Shown: in pieces, positions 24,545-37,830 of the stretch
How the letters are laid out: each line of letters begins with the position of its first letter
Numbering within the stretch: position 1 is the first letter of the stretch
DNA from: Lytechinus pictus
Taxonomy: Eukaryota
Assembly (NCBI RefSeq): GCF_037042905.1
Contig: NC_087258.1
Span: 17,732,001 to 17,796,000 of the forward strand
Direction of reading: 5' to 3'
Length of the DNA: 64,000 nucleotides
Notes under the pieces: generated by a model
Database searches by the model: none
The model's input: only the letters and a program-made list of their open reading frames with translations
What the model was told of the DNA's origin: nothing
Program-made: the position numbers and the translations under genes

Positions 24545-25129
24545 AGGTCAAGTCCACCCAAGGAAAATGCTGACTTGAATAAATAGAGAAAAATCAAACG
24601 AGCATAGTGCTGAAAATTTCATCAAAATCGGATGTAAAATAAGAAAGTTATGACATCTTAAAGTTTCGCTTATTTTTCATTAAACAGTGATATGCACAAC
24701 TAGGTGAGTCAGTCGATGATGTCCATCACTCACTATATTATTGTTTGAATTATACAATATTTCACTTTTCATAGATTTGACAATAAGGACCAACTTGACT
24801 GAACCATATAGTTTTAAACAATGTTAATTCCACATGTTCAGGGAGGAATTAATCTTTGTATCACTTGACAATTAATGAGGAGAAAAATAGAATATTCCCT
24901 ATTTCATATAATAAAATACAAAAGAAATAGTGAGGGGATGACGTCATCAGTCTCCTCATTTGCATACCGACCAGGATGTGCATATAACTGTTTTGTGAAA
25001 TTAAGTGAAACTTTAAAATGTCATAACTTTCTTATTTTACATCCGATTTTGATGAAATTTTCAGTGTTATGCTTGTTGGATTTTTCTCTTTTTATTCACA
25101 TCAACTTTTTGTTGGGGTGGACTTGTCCT
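24545..25129. mobile_element. Kolobok-type MITE, inverted sibling of 9703-10289
   Basis: TTAA flanks; terminal ttttgttggggtggacttgtcct. Confidence 0.85.
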
Positions 25130-25429
25130 TTAACTTATAGTTAGACTCTATTATGTCAGTCTTAAAACATATTTAGAGTTACAATGAAATTGTAGCAAAC
25201 AGTGATTTTAAAGTCTTTCTATGGATATTATTGCTCTTATGCACACAATTTGTCTTAAACCCCAGAGGCTTCCCTCCCAATTGAGATAAAAACATCAGCC
25301 TTACAGTAATATTGTCAAGTTAGCCTCAAACTCTGCCATTTATAATGCTTTGAAATTTTCAATAGCAAAAAGTCTACCATCTACATGTATCCGGAAAGTG
25401 ACCATCAATATTCATTTCTAAACTAATAT

Positions 25430-25925
25430 GCTTTTCACACTGCACTTTTTTCCCTTAACCCCAGGAAATTGGTGTGGCTAAGGGGGGGCCTTAGCCCCAC
25501 CAATTTCCCGGGGTAAAGCTTAGCCCACTTCGTTTTCACACTATGTTTTTAGCAAAGTGGGCTAGCACGGTAAAATATACGGTAATATCTGGCCCTGCAA
25601 AAAAGCAGGGTTAGCCTTATTGTGGTGCTAGCACCACAATTGCGGTGCTAAGAGATGCAGTGTGAAACGAAACAGGGCTAAGGAAAAGTGGGGCAAAGCA
25701 TTAGCCAATCACAGAAGTCGAAATTGCACGTTAATCATGCTCTGTATGGTAAAATCATCAATATTCATGAGCTGTGTGAAAGTCCGGGGTTAAGGCGTTA
25801 ACCCCGGCTAAGCAAATAGTATGGGGTTAAGAAAGACAGTGTGAATCGAAAAAAAGATAGTATGGGGTTAAGGATAGTCCGGGGTTAAGGATAGTATGGG
25901 GTTAAGGAAATGCAGTGTGAAAAGC
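25430..25925. mobile_element. MITE with gcttttcacactgca TIR and ggggttaag subrepeats
   Basis: TIR visible at both ends; tandem tagtatggggttaag units. Confidence 0.8.
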
Positions 25926-26100
25926 TTATTATTGTACCAGCAGTAGTTTAATTATCAGACATTTTGTGGAATTTAAAGACTTTTACTAAACCCTGCCATA
26001 GACGGTTTGTGAATAATGGATGTCCCAAAGTGCTTTGACCCGAGGTTCAGCTCAGGAGTTGGTATAAGACCAAGCCAGAAGGAGGTGTTTGTTTTTGTAG

Positions 26101-26250
26101 CGAGAGTGCAAATAAGTTTGGAAAATTCCGCTGGGACCCACATCACAGGAAATTGAAAATGAAAGATTATTCTGGAGTAAAAACTGGAGAAACTCGAGAA
26201 TTAAATGTGTATCAAGAGCAGATAGACACTGTAGCGAATATGCTTAGAAT
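26101..26250 (+). CDS. Candidate 150-nt phase 2-2 cassette exon (ESANKFGKFRWDPHHRKLKMKDYSGVKTGETRELNVYQEQIDTVANMLR), or a first exon starting at ATG 26159
   Basis: Acceptor gtttgtttttgtag, open frame throughout, donor AT|gtatgt, length divisible by 3. Confidence 0.3.
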
Positions 26251-27180
26251 GTATGTTTTCCCCGATGGATTTTGTTACATATAACAGGGAAATATTCATT
26301 TTCTGTAGGCCTAGATGCTATAGCCTTTCCATGTTATTATTTATATACATTTTCATCTGTGTTCGTAGTAATTAAACCTAAAAAAATTGTTTTGAAACTT
26401 CATGTATCATTGAATATGTTAATTTGACACCCCTGTCCAATTCTTATTTGAATTGTGGTGAAACACATAAATCAAATAGTTGATTTTAAATTCTTTATCA
26501 AATGCCACCATTTGAGTTGTGAATACCTGAATACATGTTTATTATAAGAAACCATGAATCACCATAAAATACTGATGTACATGTAGGCATATCAGTTCGC
26601 CTCAATAATTTCCCCCACCAAAATTTGTTCACACCTACATGTTCGTTTGTGCAAATTGAGTGTTTTGATCAAATTATGTGGACAATAAAAGAAGTGGTAT
26701 GGTCGATACATGCAACACGCCTTTCAAATTATCTGTCACCTGACTTCAACGTGCCAGCCAGGCCTTATGATGCATGTGCTATGGTGGTGGGGTTGCCAAT
26801 AATTATGACATCAATGGAAGAAAAAATAGATTAAAGTTGTCATTGAATGGTTTGATGTGATTATGGTATGACCCTTTGATTCTCTATGGATTATTATAAT
26901 TTTTTTTCAGAGTCGGAAAGGAAGTTACTGGGTATAGGCCATACGTGTGTAGTCTTGAAAAATAGACTTAGTATTGGGATGTTTATCTGCTCCAATCCAT
27001 TACTCATTTGCTTTTGTTTTAATGATCTATGTTTCCTGTGAATACATACCATTGCTGTTTTAAATAAAGTATTACCCTTTTATCCCCTTTAATCATTCCC
27101 CGAGTATAATCTTTCACATTTTACGAAGAGGCACTTTCCAATAAAAAGTATTGGTATTTCATTTGGATTTCTAGACTATA

Positions 27181-27619
27181 AGTCACTGTTCTCACTACCT
27201 TGCTAAAACTATTTTAGTGGAAACTAGTTTAACGTGTAATGAGAACGGTCGAAGCGATCTTCCAAACTGGTTCATAAAACCACCTCGCGATGTAGTTTTC
27301 AAGATCGCTTTGCCTCGTTAAACTGGTTTTAGCGTAAGTGAGGACACAACCGTTCTTCGGGAAGTGATCTTCGCACATTTTGAGCGCGCTACTCTGCACA
27401 CTGTGTGTAGAATGCCTACGATGTGGTTTCGAATATTACGCGAAACGTGTCACCCCACTGACAGTGTTCCCATAGCAACAAGATCGCTTTACGTGAAGTG
27501 ATTTTGGAATTCACTTTCGGGTGATCAAATGGGAATGCTTGCAGAGTGATCTGCCAAACTGGTTTCCTGAATCGGTTTCCAGTAAACTAGTTTTAGAAAG
27601 CGTAATGAGAATAGAGTCT
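27181..27619. mobile_element. MITE family I, long form, TA flanks
   Basis: Imperfect TIR ag.cac.gttctca.tac..t.ctaaaacta; short derivative at 59016-59177. Confidence 0.8.
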
Positions 27620-28681
27620 TATATACAGGTAACTCTGCCTAAGTCGACCTTTCATAAGTCAAATAATCACCTAAGTCAAAGCAATTTTTTAAAAACCAGA
27701 TTATTGAAAACATACCTCTTTTAAGTCAGATTTTGCCTAGAATCGTCTGGTCCAACGAGATTCGACTGGGTATGAGTAGAATTGTTCATTTAAGTAATAA
27801 AAACCTTGCAACAAAGATTATGAATGCCAAGTCAGTATTTTGGTAACGAACCATTACACAATTTATAAAACTTTCATACAGTAAAAGAGTTTATTGTTTT
27901 TCCCCATTCTATTCTAGACAAATGCCATATATATGATACCTACCTGTGATAGGGGCCTGAATGGGAAATATTGTTGCCATATCATGTCATAAATTCATAC
28001 TTTTGACCAAGTGCTAATTGGAGTGGTTGAATACAATCTGTCCTCACTTAGCTTACATATCAGTAAGCATCCCATTTCAATATTCTTCATGCCATGTACA
28101 TTTCTGCATATATTACGCATGCCTTCTTGTTCATGGTGCTTTGTATGGAGCAGTCGGGAAGAAGAAAAGATCAACAAATTTAGTTTACTGTTACAAAGTC
28201 CAATGTGAAAGTCGTGAGAAAGGTTGTTGGGCTGAAAAGGGTCACTCAATTGTGTGGCTGGATACATTGTTCAAATCTAAAAACCCATAATGATATGAAA
28301 GAACTGATAGTTTTTATTTCGGTAAATGATATTCATTGCAGCCTTGGTTTTAGATCAGGAAACATATATGGATGAGGGATAAATCATAATCTTCAGTTAT
28401 TGATTTTAAGGTGGGATGTAAATGGACTGCTTTCCACGTTAACCTTGAAAAATTCTCAATCAGAATTTTGATTTATATTGCAGGGGCCCTGTTTCAGAAA
28501 AAGTGGCAAGCAAACGCAACTCCAAAAAACAAACAAAACTTGAATTTCAACCAATGAAAACATGCGTATTGGGAACTGTCACCAACTCGCCACCATCATC
28601 GACAATGTTGCCACCACCACTATAGCCACCACTCACCCCACCCTTCATCTTCATCCTCCTCCTCAGTATCAAGATCCTTTG

Positions 28682-29069
28682 TATAGAATACCAAAGTGCG
28701 ACGTTATAAATTTTCTTTTTTTGCATATTAGCGTTTTGATACCATATTTTGGTAGAGCATGATGAAAAACCCAAACTTCCAAAATTTGGTGGGAATCGGT
28801 CCATGGGGGCCTTAGATATGACCTGACAAATACATAATTAGCCCCATTGAAGTCAATGTATTATTGGCCTGGTTCCTAACATTTAGAACCAGGTCAATAA
28901 TACACTGACTTCAGCTAATTATGTATTCATGAGGTCATATCTAAGACCCCATGGACCGATTCCCCACCAAAAGTGGGGTTTTTTCATCATGCTCTACCAA
29001 AATATGGTATCAAAAACGTTAAAATGCGAAAAAAGGTTTTTTGTAACGTCGTCACTTCGGTACTCTATA
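28682..29069. mobile_element. Palindromic MITE with tatagagtaccgaag termini, inserted in a degenerate (CAT/CAC)n tract
   Basis: Arms mirror each other (ttttgataccatattttggtagagcatgatgaaaaa; aatcggtccatggg); shares termini with 40094-40352. Confidence 0.85.
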
Positions 29070-29231
29070 CCTTCCTGTACTATCCAACCAGATTTATCGC
29101 TATCATCATGATCATTATCATGATCATTGTCCTTGTCACCCTCATTATCATTATCTGTATCGCTATCATCATGATCATTAATGATGATCATCATCATTAA
29201 CATTGTCATCATCGTCATCCCATTCCCCATC

Positions 29232-29404
29232 ATTATCATTCCAGTGCAAAAACAAATTGTATTCTTAAGGAAATAACAATAATGGAACACATTACTTTGT
29301 TAAACATTCCTCTTCATTATCATTTTTTATCATTTCAGTGCAAAAACATAATGTATTCTTAAGGAAATAAAAATAATGGTACACATTTATACTTTGTTAA
29401 ACAT
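29232..29404. repeat. Local tandem duplication, period ~96 bp
   Basis: cagtgcaaaaaca.a.tgtattcttaaggaaataa.aataatgg.acacatt..actttgttaaacat present twice. Confidence 0.85.
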
Positions 29405-30972
29405 AGCAACAAGTGATTTGTGTATAAAATTTTCAATATTTATTTCAATAAAAAAAAAAAGAAGAAACATCCACAAATTCTATATTGAGCTAGTAAACGA
29501 GTCGTATTCACAAACAAATACATCAACATAGGAGTTAATTATCTAATCAATAATTGTACTTATTCTATAAATCTATTTTATTTTGATTTTTTGAGCAACC
29601 TGGACAAGAGTATTGGATGTCACTGTTTGCAAGTACATTGAGTCTGAGGGTTGAGACTAGCGATCCTCTAGGGGTGCGTTCCCTTGACCCTGGTCGTGTG
29701 TACCAATCTCGACCCTTTACTGTAATAGAAACCCATCATGGTATGTGGTGTAGTGTGGCCTACCTATTGAAGGGGGTGTGTTAACACTTTCACTGGAGAT
29801 TTAACGTTGAATCACATTTTGTCTGTGAAAACATAAAGTGATATGTATTTATGGAATAATCATGTTTTGTTGTTTTCAGAAAACAGTAGGTTCTAAAAAT
29901 ATGTCAATAGAAAGACTGAAAACCTTTTTAGAAGTGGTGTTTCGTCACAAGAGAAATTATGGTCTTAAAAGGGCAAACAAGCCCCAAATAATGAATATTT
30001 TACATCCAATTGAGAATTCATCCCCTCTTGGATTTTCATAACAAGTTTTGAAAAGAAGAATTTTGTGTAATGGATTTGTTGCACCGGCCTCAGAGCCCCC
30101 AGATATTAATTTCAAGAATTTAATATCTTTCTAAGTAATGCTTTCTCAAGTAATAAACTGAGTACATATTCAATAATTTGAAAAAAAAATGTAATTCGTA
30201 TTGATTCTCCAATACTCTGTTTATTCGAAAAGAGTGTGGATGTTTTCTGTTATTTCAACAAGTTAAAATGCATGATTTGAATGTCAATTGGTTTTGTAAG
30301 GATTTGAAAATAAGTAAGTAAATTAATGATTTTCTTAAACCAGTAGGGTATACTCATTATGGTATGTCCATTTGTCTGGTTCTCAACTGAAAAAAAAAAA
30401 AGTTTCCAGAGAAAGTTTGGCTGATTAGGTGCTGAAGAGGCAATATGCAAATCCAGCTGCAATTATGAATTTGCATCAAATGAGCATGTATCCACACGAA
30501 CACAGTATTTTGAGATTTCTTTGAATTTATGTGAATGTTGGAACACACCTTGATATTATTTTTCAAATTCATATTTCGGCTTTTGTCCAAGTGTTGATGT
30601 ACAGGTGCAAGTATTACAGCCACTCTTGTTTTGATTGTATGCTAGGATTTATGTTCTGATGGGAATTGGTGAGAAAATTAGAGTTTGGCTCCACTACATC
30701 ATGTAAAGGTATGTGTGAGGTACTTTTCAGGGAATAGGCCTTCAGAAAATACCAATGTATACTTTTGTTAAATAACCATCATAAACAACAGGTTTCATGG
30801 TTTTGTTTTTGTATTTCAAGGATATGGTACAGTACGCCCTGCAAAGTATTATACAAAAATCTATTGAGCATTTCTTTAAGAGCTTTGTAAGTGACTTTCA
30901 CAGACTAACTTCCTCTCAGACAATTAGATTTCTAGGAGCTTATATTCTGTTGGTGAAAAATCACTTAAGTCT

Positions 30973-31526
30973 AGGAAACCAGAATACAAGGAGAAAATTC
31001 ATCTTATCAGAAAGAATAAAATGAGAGGATCGAGCAATCTAAAACCTGTTTTATCAAAATCGGTTATTGAATAAGCGAGTTATGGAAGTTTGAAAACTCT
31101 TGATTTATTTTCTATGGGGATCCTCAAATTGGCAAACGTGCTTTAAATTGGCTGGTTTTGTGGACAACTATTTTCTCCATTATCTTTCAAATTGCATCTT
31201 GCCTCCTTCTGAGCACAACATATGTCATGGGAAAATATTATTCAAACCACTTATGTCAAGGTCATGAGGAGATAATGTAAAATATGTCAAATAAAGGGGA
31301 AAATCTGAAAATTTGTGTACATAACAAATGGAAAGTTGTCCACAAAATCAGCCATTTTGAAGCACGTTTGCCAATTTGAGGATCCCCATAGAAAGTACAA
31401 CAAGACTTTTTAAACATCCATAACTTGTTTATTTCATAACCGATTTTGATGAAACTTGTTTTATATTGTTCCTCTCATTTTACTATTTCTAATAAGATAG
31501 TTTCTCTTCTTAGGTTTTGGTTTCCT
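30973..31526. mobile_element. Kolobok-type palindromic MITE nested in a family D MITE (about 30866-31550)
   Basis: aggaaacc ... ggtttcct termini; arms ttctatggggatcctcaaattggcaaacgtgctt; TTAAGTCT on both flanks. Confidence 0.8.
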
Positions 31527-33039
31527 TTAAGTCTTCATGAAACAATCCCCTAAGAATTGTGTGTCTGGATAATGGACAACAGAGGTAATAGGAAATAAAG
31601 ATACATTCAAAAACAAAGTTTAAAGTTACACCCCCCCCCTTCCACAAAAAAGAGAAAGTAATACAGAAGTATAGATGTTGATATTTTCGTCTCAGATGCC
31701 CCCCCCCCCATTAAATTACACTAGAAGTATGCTAATTTATGTCTTTGTTTGTGAATCTATGATTATTCATATCATGACACCGTCATAAATGGACCCCATG
31801 GCAGAACAGTATAGTCATGTCGACTAAACTGAATATGGGCTATCCATCCGTTTTGCTTTTTTTTTGTGTGTTTTTCATACGGAAAATAAATACTATACTA
31901 CTATACTATATAATTTGTGAATATGGATGCATATAACTTCCATGAACTAGAAGTGAATTTTTCTTTGAATGGTAATTCCACTCTGAAAAGAAGAAGAAAT
32001 GTTACTATTTTGATAGCACCTTTAACAATTGTGTTGTAAAATGGGGTTTTCCCTCTTTACTTGCTGATTTGCTATAGGCATACAGGCGTACACTTGAGAT
32101 GGTGCTTCAAAATTGGAGCAAATGTTTACGTTGACATTCCCAATCAAAATAACATAACAAATCACTTGCTTGCAATATTCATTAGAAATGTATTGGTTTG
32201 GGACATTTGTAATTTCTTTGTTATTTGTAAAAAAAAAGGTATATGAGACAGATTGAGATAACACAGAGAAATTGACAGAGCAGAGATAGAGAGAGAGAGA
32301 AGGAAAAGAAAATTAGAATAGAACAGGAGTATAGATAAGAGAGAAAAGTTGAGAAACTGATACAAAATGTAATAGTTAATAAGTAATTAACTAGGTAAAT
32401 CATAAATACCTTTAGGTATAGTGTCAGGTAAAAGTACAGGAAAAGTGTACAAAATTTCCAGCCGAAGGCTTGCTACAGTAATTATTTCGAAAGATGCAAT
32501 TTCCTTCCTTGTATAGGTGCGGTAGAATTTAAAGTACATGTACTCCACATGTTATATAGCAAGCTGACCAGTAATCAGCCACACTGTGGCGATAGAAATT
32601 GTGATTAAATGGGCAAAGTGTGTTTATACACAGTAAACAGTTTACTTTTTTGTAAAATGTGTTATTTGCTCAAGTAGATATTCTCGATTTTTCTTTGTTT
32701 GTATTGTGCATTCCACAAAATAGGCCTACATCCTTTAAATTCACCCACAGTGTGGAAAGTATGATAAGTGTCTAAATTTTGAGACTATTTGGGGATATAG
32801 AGTCCAGTTGATGCGCACAGTTTCTGTATACTGATCAGAAGGTGATATGGGTGTGCAATATTTTATTTCCTGCCATTCTTCCGCGATTCCCTGCTTATCA
32901 AACTGTTCCTGGTCGGGAAAATTTTACAAACACAGTTTAAATATATCCATAGTATGAATGAGAATCTACCATAGTTTTTCTTCTCATTCACACTGTGGTT
33001 TGTCATGCATGGCAGATCAAAGTGTCCCTAGTGAGAGGG

Positions 33040-34180
33040 GAATTTGTGAAATATGGAAATATGATTAACACTGCTAAATTCTTAAATTTAGCAGTGTGAA
33101 GATAATTTCACACTGCGGATACCTATACAGTGTGAGTATTCAGCATGTATTCACATAGTTGACAATGTGAATGTGTTGTTCACACTGTTTAAAATGCTCA
33201 AATTTAACAGTGTGAAAATAATTTCACATGCTCGAAACCTCAGATTGTGGATGTTCACAGTGTGTTTACATAGTTGACTATATGAAATGTGAAAAATGCG
33301 ATTCACACTTAAAATTTTCAAATTTCATAGTGTGGAGATAATTTCACACCCTAGACACCTCAGCAATGTGGATGTTCACAGTGTGTTCACTTAGCAGACT
33401 GTAAAAATGTGATTCCCACTATTAAAATGCTCAAACTTATCAGTGTGATCATAATATCACACTTTGGGTACCTCGATAGTGTGTGTATTCACATATTGGA
33501 CTAGAGTGTAAATGAGAATGTGATTCACCCTTAAAATTTCACACTGTGGTCACCTCTACAGTGTGAATATTCACAGTGTATTCACATAGTAGACAATGTG
33601 AAGGTATTATTCACACTGGTAAAATTCTGAAATTTCTGAGTGTGGAGATAATTTCACACGATGGAAACCTCGGAATGTGGATGTTCATAGTGTGTTTACA
33701 TAGTTGACTATGTGAAATGTGGAAAATGTGATTCACACTAAAATTCTCAAATTTTGGAGTGTGGAGATAATTTCACACCGTAGACACCTCAGCAATGTAG
33801 ATGTGAAGAGTGTATTCACATTTTTACACAGTCCGCTAAGTGAACATGTTCACTCAGCGGACTGTGTAAAAACGTGAATGCACTCTTAAAATGCTCAAAT
33901 TTAACAGTGTGAACATGGTACATTGACAGTGTGAGTATTCACAGTGTGTTCACATGCTGGACTAGAATGTGATTTACACTTAAAATTCCACACTGTGGTC
34001 ACCTCTACGGTGTGAATATTCACAGTGTGTTCACATAGTGGACTAAATGACCTGTGAGGATATGATTGCACTATTATGCTAAGATCAAACAATGTGAAAA
34101 TGATTTTACACTGTGGAAACATAATACAGTGTGAACATTCACATTGTGTTCATATAGTGGACTAATGGATTGTGTAAATG
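33040..34180. repeat. Complex satellite, ~90-120-bp units of cacactg..cagtgtg hairpins with ~430-bp higher-order period
   Basis: Unit starts at about 33066, 33181, 33304, 33416, 33525, 33612, 33734; 33253-33373 matches 33683-33803. Confidence 0.85.
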
Positions 34181-34964
34181 AGAAAATGTTCTCCCAGTCC
34201 TCCTCCCAGGGAGTGGAGCTGTTGTGCTGCATTGAACAAGATGAAGCTCTCCACCTTCTGCATGTTCCGTCCACGAGCGCTAGTAAAAAAGATCATAGCA
34301 AATAGTCAATCATGGCAATATTGCTCCTGCATATATCATGATAACTACCATCAGTCAATCAGAAAAAGGCATTAGAAACAAAAATTCTTGAGACATTTAC
34401 TATTTATTTCTGCAATTCTCATTTAGAGGCTTTGGACATTCAATAGCCAGTTCCAGAATGCAATGGCTTATTACTGGATCACCACTGAATTCTGCATTTC
34501 CCATAGGGTTTGTGCAGAGATCAATCAGTTCCAGTAGGCAATGGGTTAACATAGGAAGGTGAGGGTGGTGTCTATGCAAGAAGGGTCAGTAAAGGTGATG
34601 CTCTCTTGCATCCGCTCTCACGAAGGAACAGGGATTCAAACCTGGGCCCTGTTAGACAAAACTCGGCAATCGATTGTGCAATCAATTATCATGATCATAC
34701 AATCAGTCATGAAATCGATATTATGCTTTGTGTAAGTGGGCCATGGTTCTCATTGTCAAAGCCAGAAGAGCATTGCCACATCGACATGGAAACACACATC
34801 ATCATTTTGGCTGTGAGATGAAGATCTTGTACTGGTTTTCTACAGGAAACGGCCATTGCAGATACACATCTTTGACAGGAATTACAGAATCCAGGAGAAA
34901 AGCTAGTACCATAGCAAGAATCTGATGTTACTGTCCACTTATATCCTTTGGCTTTGGAGTCACG

Positions 34965-35510
34965 GTTGACCATTGACCAGCTTTTATGGTCTTGTTTAAA
35001 GAATCCTGATGATACTGTCAACTTTTAGCAAGAATATTTTTGTAGGAAATGTTTATCCCTGCCACTGACCTTACACAGCTCCTTTGTTGGTGTTTCAAGA
35101 ATCTGGTGATGCCATCCATCAAGAACTGGAACTCTTCTGCTACAGAATTAAATGATATGTGCCATTTACCATACACCGCTCCTGTGGCATTGTTTCAAGA
35201 ATCCTGGTGATACTGTTCTTTGAGCATGTTTGGAGCATTAACCCTTCCGGCATGTGTCTGGTGATCAGCACATTGACCATACACAGTTCTCATGGCCATC
35301 GTTTGAAGAATCTTGTGATAATGTCCATTGAGCACAGGAATTCTTGTTCTACGGAATCTGATGATCTCTGCCACTGACCATACATGCACACATGCAGCTC
35401 TTCTGTTCTTGATTTAAGAATCCATTTGAGTGATAGTTTTCCTTGAGAGCATTACCCTGTTTGCCATGGGGAAACTGGTGATCATTAAACCTATAGGACT
35501 TTAAGAATCC
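34965..35510. repeat. Degenerate tandem repeat, period ~105 bp
   Basis: Core cca(c/t)tgaccatacacagctc...tgtttcaagaatc(c)tggtgat at about 34970, 35061, 35161, 35270, 35370. Confidence 0.75.
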
Positions 35511-37141
35511 AGTTGTCAGTGGGATAGACCTGAATGATATGACATCACTTCAGCTGTTTTTTTTTTCTTTTTAGAAAAAGATACATCTTCAGTCATTGAT
35601 CCACGAGGCTTTGACTGGTGGATATAGGTACAGTTCTTACGGGAACTTGACATTTTAGAAAGCGAATTGAAGCGAATCTGAAACACAACAGCAGTATGGA
35701 ACGGTATTAGAACAATTATCTAGATCCATTTTCAATTTCCCTCTGACTTTGGACCTTACTGGGCCGAGTTCTGGACACCTATTATAATTCGTACACAGAC
35801 TTCTTTATCAGCAGAGTCACCAGCCAGAGATTTATCAAGTTTTATACTTCAGTTTCATGAGGAAATTACAGTTTGAAGAATATGAAACAAGACATGTAGA
35901 AGGGAATTGCAGTAATTGAGAAGTGTTGATGTCTGATTGTGGATCTTAGTTACCAAATAGAACATGTCATTTTCTGTTGGAATTTTTGCACGGAATTTAG
36001 TATCACCAAAGAAAAAATTATGTAAAACTGTTGAATTGAGCATGAAAACTTTAGGATATTGGTCATGACTCTAATTGAAACTGATTAGACTGATAATTTC
36101 TTTGATATTAACTGATATACTTCAGCTGGTACTTGTTCTAAAAATCTTAGAACATAAAGCTTTTTGAAATAAGAGTCAACAAGTGCACTTCAAACTCGAT
36201 GATATTCAGTCTAGACTCTTGAGATATTAGTCTTGTATTTCTTCTGAGATTCATTCGCATTTGAATTCAACGTAACAGGTGTAACACTTGCAAATTGTAT
36301 ACAATTTAACAGCTCTGATATCCTATACAAGGTTAAGAGCAAAGGACTCCTTGAGCAATGTAGGAACATCTTCATAATGATACTTTGAACATAAATGGTA
36401 GATTCAGAAATATAAATAAATGACAATTGAGTTTTATTTCATTAAAAATTTATATGTACAGTCTTGGATGGAAATTACATTAATTCTGAGTGATACTATC
36501 TTCCTGCCTTGAAAATATATAAACAATGCTAATTATAATTAGCATAATAATATTAAAGTGGAAAGCACAAGAGGAACAGTATTGAACTGATAAACATCTT
36601 TGGGTCACCAAGAAAGTGTCATCTGTTGTGCGGAATATCTTCTGTCAAAGGCGTCCCTTTAATCGAACATAGATCATGTTTTTGAAATGAATGCCTGAGA
36701 AAGTGACTTCGATGTCAACAAGAGAAGTATTATTGAAAAGAAAGTTATTTTACGAGCATTGTTTCCTCATATCAACCTTGGCAGGGCTTCAAGAGATAAC
36801 AAATCAGCTCTTCTTGCTTGAACAAGGCAGCGGAATATTGCGTGATTAATACAGGAATATCATCAAGACCTTGCATTATCAGAGGAGACGAGTGTCAGTC
36901 CTTCAGATAAAAAAAAGTGTATATGCAAATCGATCAGGTTCATACAAGAAATGAATTCTGCTTCATAAAGGGTTATTCTTCTTGCCTTGTACAAAGTTCA
37001 ATTCATCAAAGGTTTTAATTTCAATCTAAATGCCCGGAAACTGCAAAGATAAAATTACAGATGATACTGCATAGATGTGGTCAACAAACTGTAGCTTGTA
37101 ACCAGTGAGGTTTATTTCCACAAGTCTTTTGCAGTGAGCAG

Positions 37142-37162
37142 ATGCGAGTGAGATCAATATTG
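37142..37162 (+). CDS. Weak candidate first-exon CDS MRVRSIL, phase 0 donor
   Basis: ATG plus 6 further codons then TTG|gtgagt, at the end of a ~1.6 kb repeat-free island. Confidence 0.2.
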
Positions 37163-37672
37163 GTGAGTTTGATATATTTTTACTCTTGCCATGTTTATAG
37201 TGAAACAGTTATGTTCCGCATAGTCTCGATGTCATATATGGCAGTTTTTAAAGGGACAGCTTTCTTAAAACAGAAGACTTCTCTAAAGGATTACAGGAAT
37301 TTCAACGTTAAACTAGTTTAATTAGATGAAAAATATAAAAGTTACAACTTACAAAGTTGTATTAAGTATTTTTATGAGTATTTCAATTGGAATAAAGAAG
37401 GAAGGTTACTCTGACTTTTTATAGGCCTATTTTTTCAATATACAAATTATGTGATGCACAATGCATCAGAAAGGTACATTATATTTGTCAAATTCTTACT
37501 ATGCCTCGTGTAAAACAAGGCATTATGCTAAGATAAAACAATGTTTAACTTGTTAATAACTTGATGCATAAGTCCACAATCAGGACAAATCATATATATT
37601 TTCATCAGGGAATAATTTTACTTACCTAATTCGATAAGATTTTTTGGTCATAACAGAATTGCTCTCCACTAA

Positions 37673-37830
37673 TACCTCGGTCACATTTGCTCTACGGCAG
37701 CCGTACGGCGAGTCGAAAACAGCAATTTTATTCATTTTTATTCACCTATATTTAGCTGGTAAATTATTTTTTTTAAACGACTGTTTTCGACTCGCCGTAC
37801 GGCCGCCGTAGAACAAATGTGACCGAGGTA
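37673..37830. mobile_element. MITE family A copy 3 (best TIRs)
   Basis: tacctcggtcacatttg.tctacggc.gccgtacggcgagtcgaaaacag inverted at both ends. Confidence 0.9.

Noticed and set aside
28547-29290. His/Asp/Ile-rich ORFs
   Set aside because: Degenerate (CAT)n microsatellite plus a palindromic MITE
33040-34180. CRISPR array or coding repeat
   Set aside because: Whole units are repeated with no unique spacers, and no long open frame spans the array
34965-35510. CRISPR-like repeat/spacer appearance
   Set aside because: Repeats are degenerate, spacers are related to each other, no cas genes, eukaryotic context
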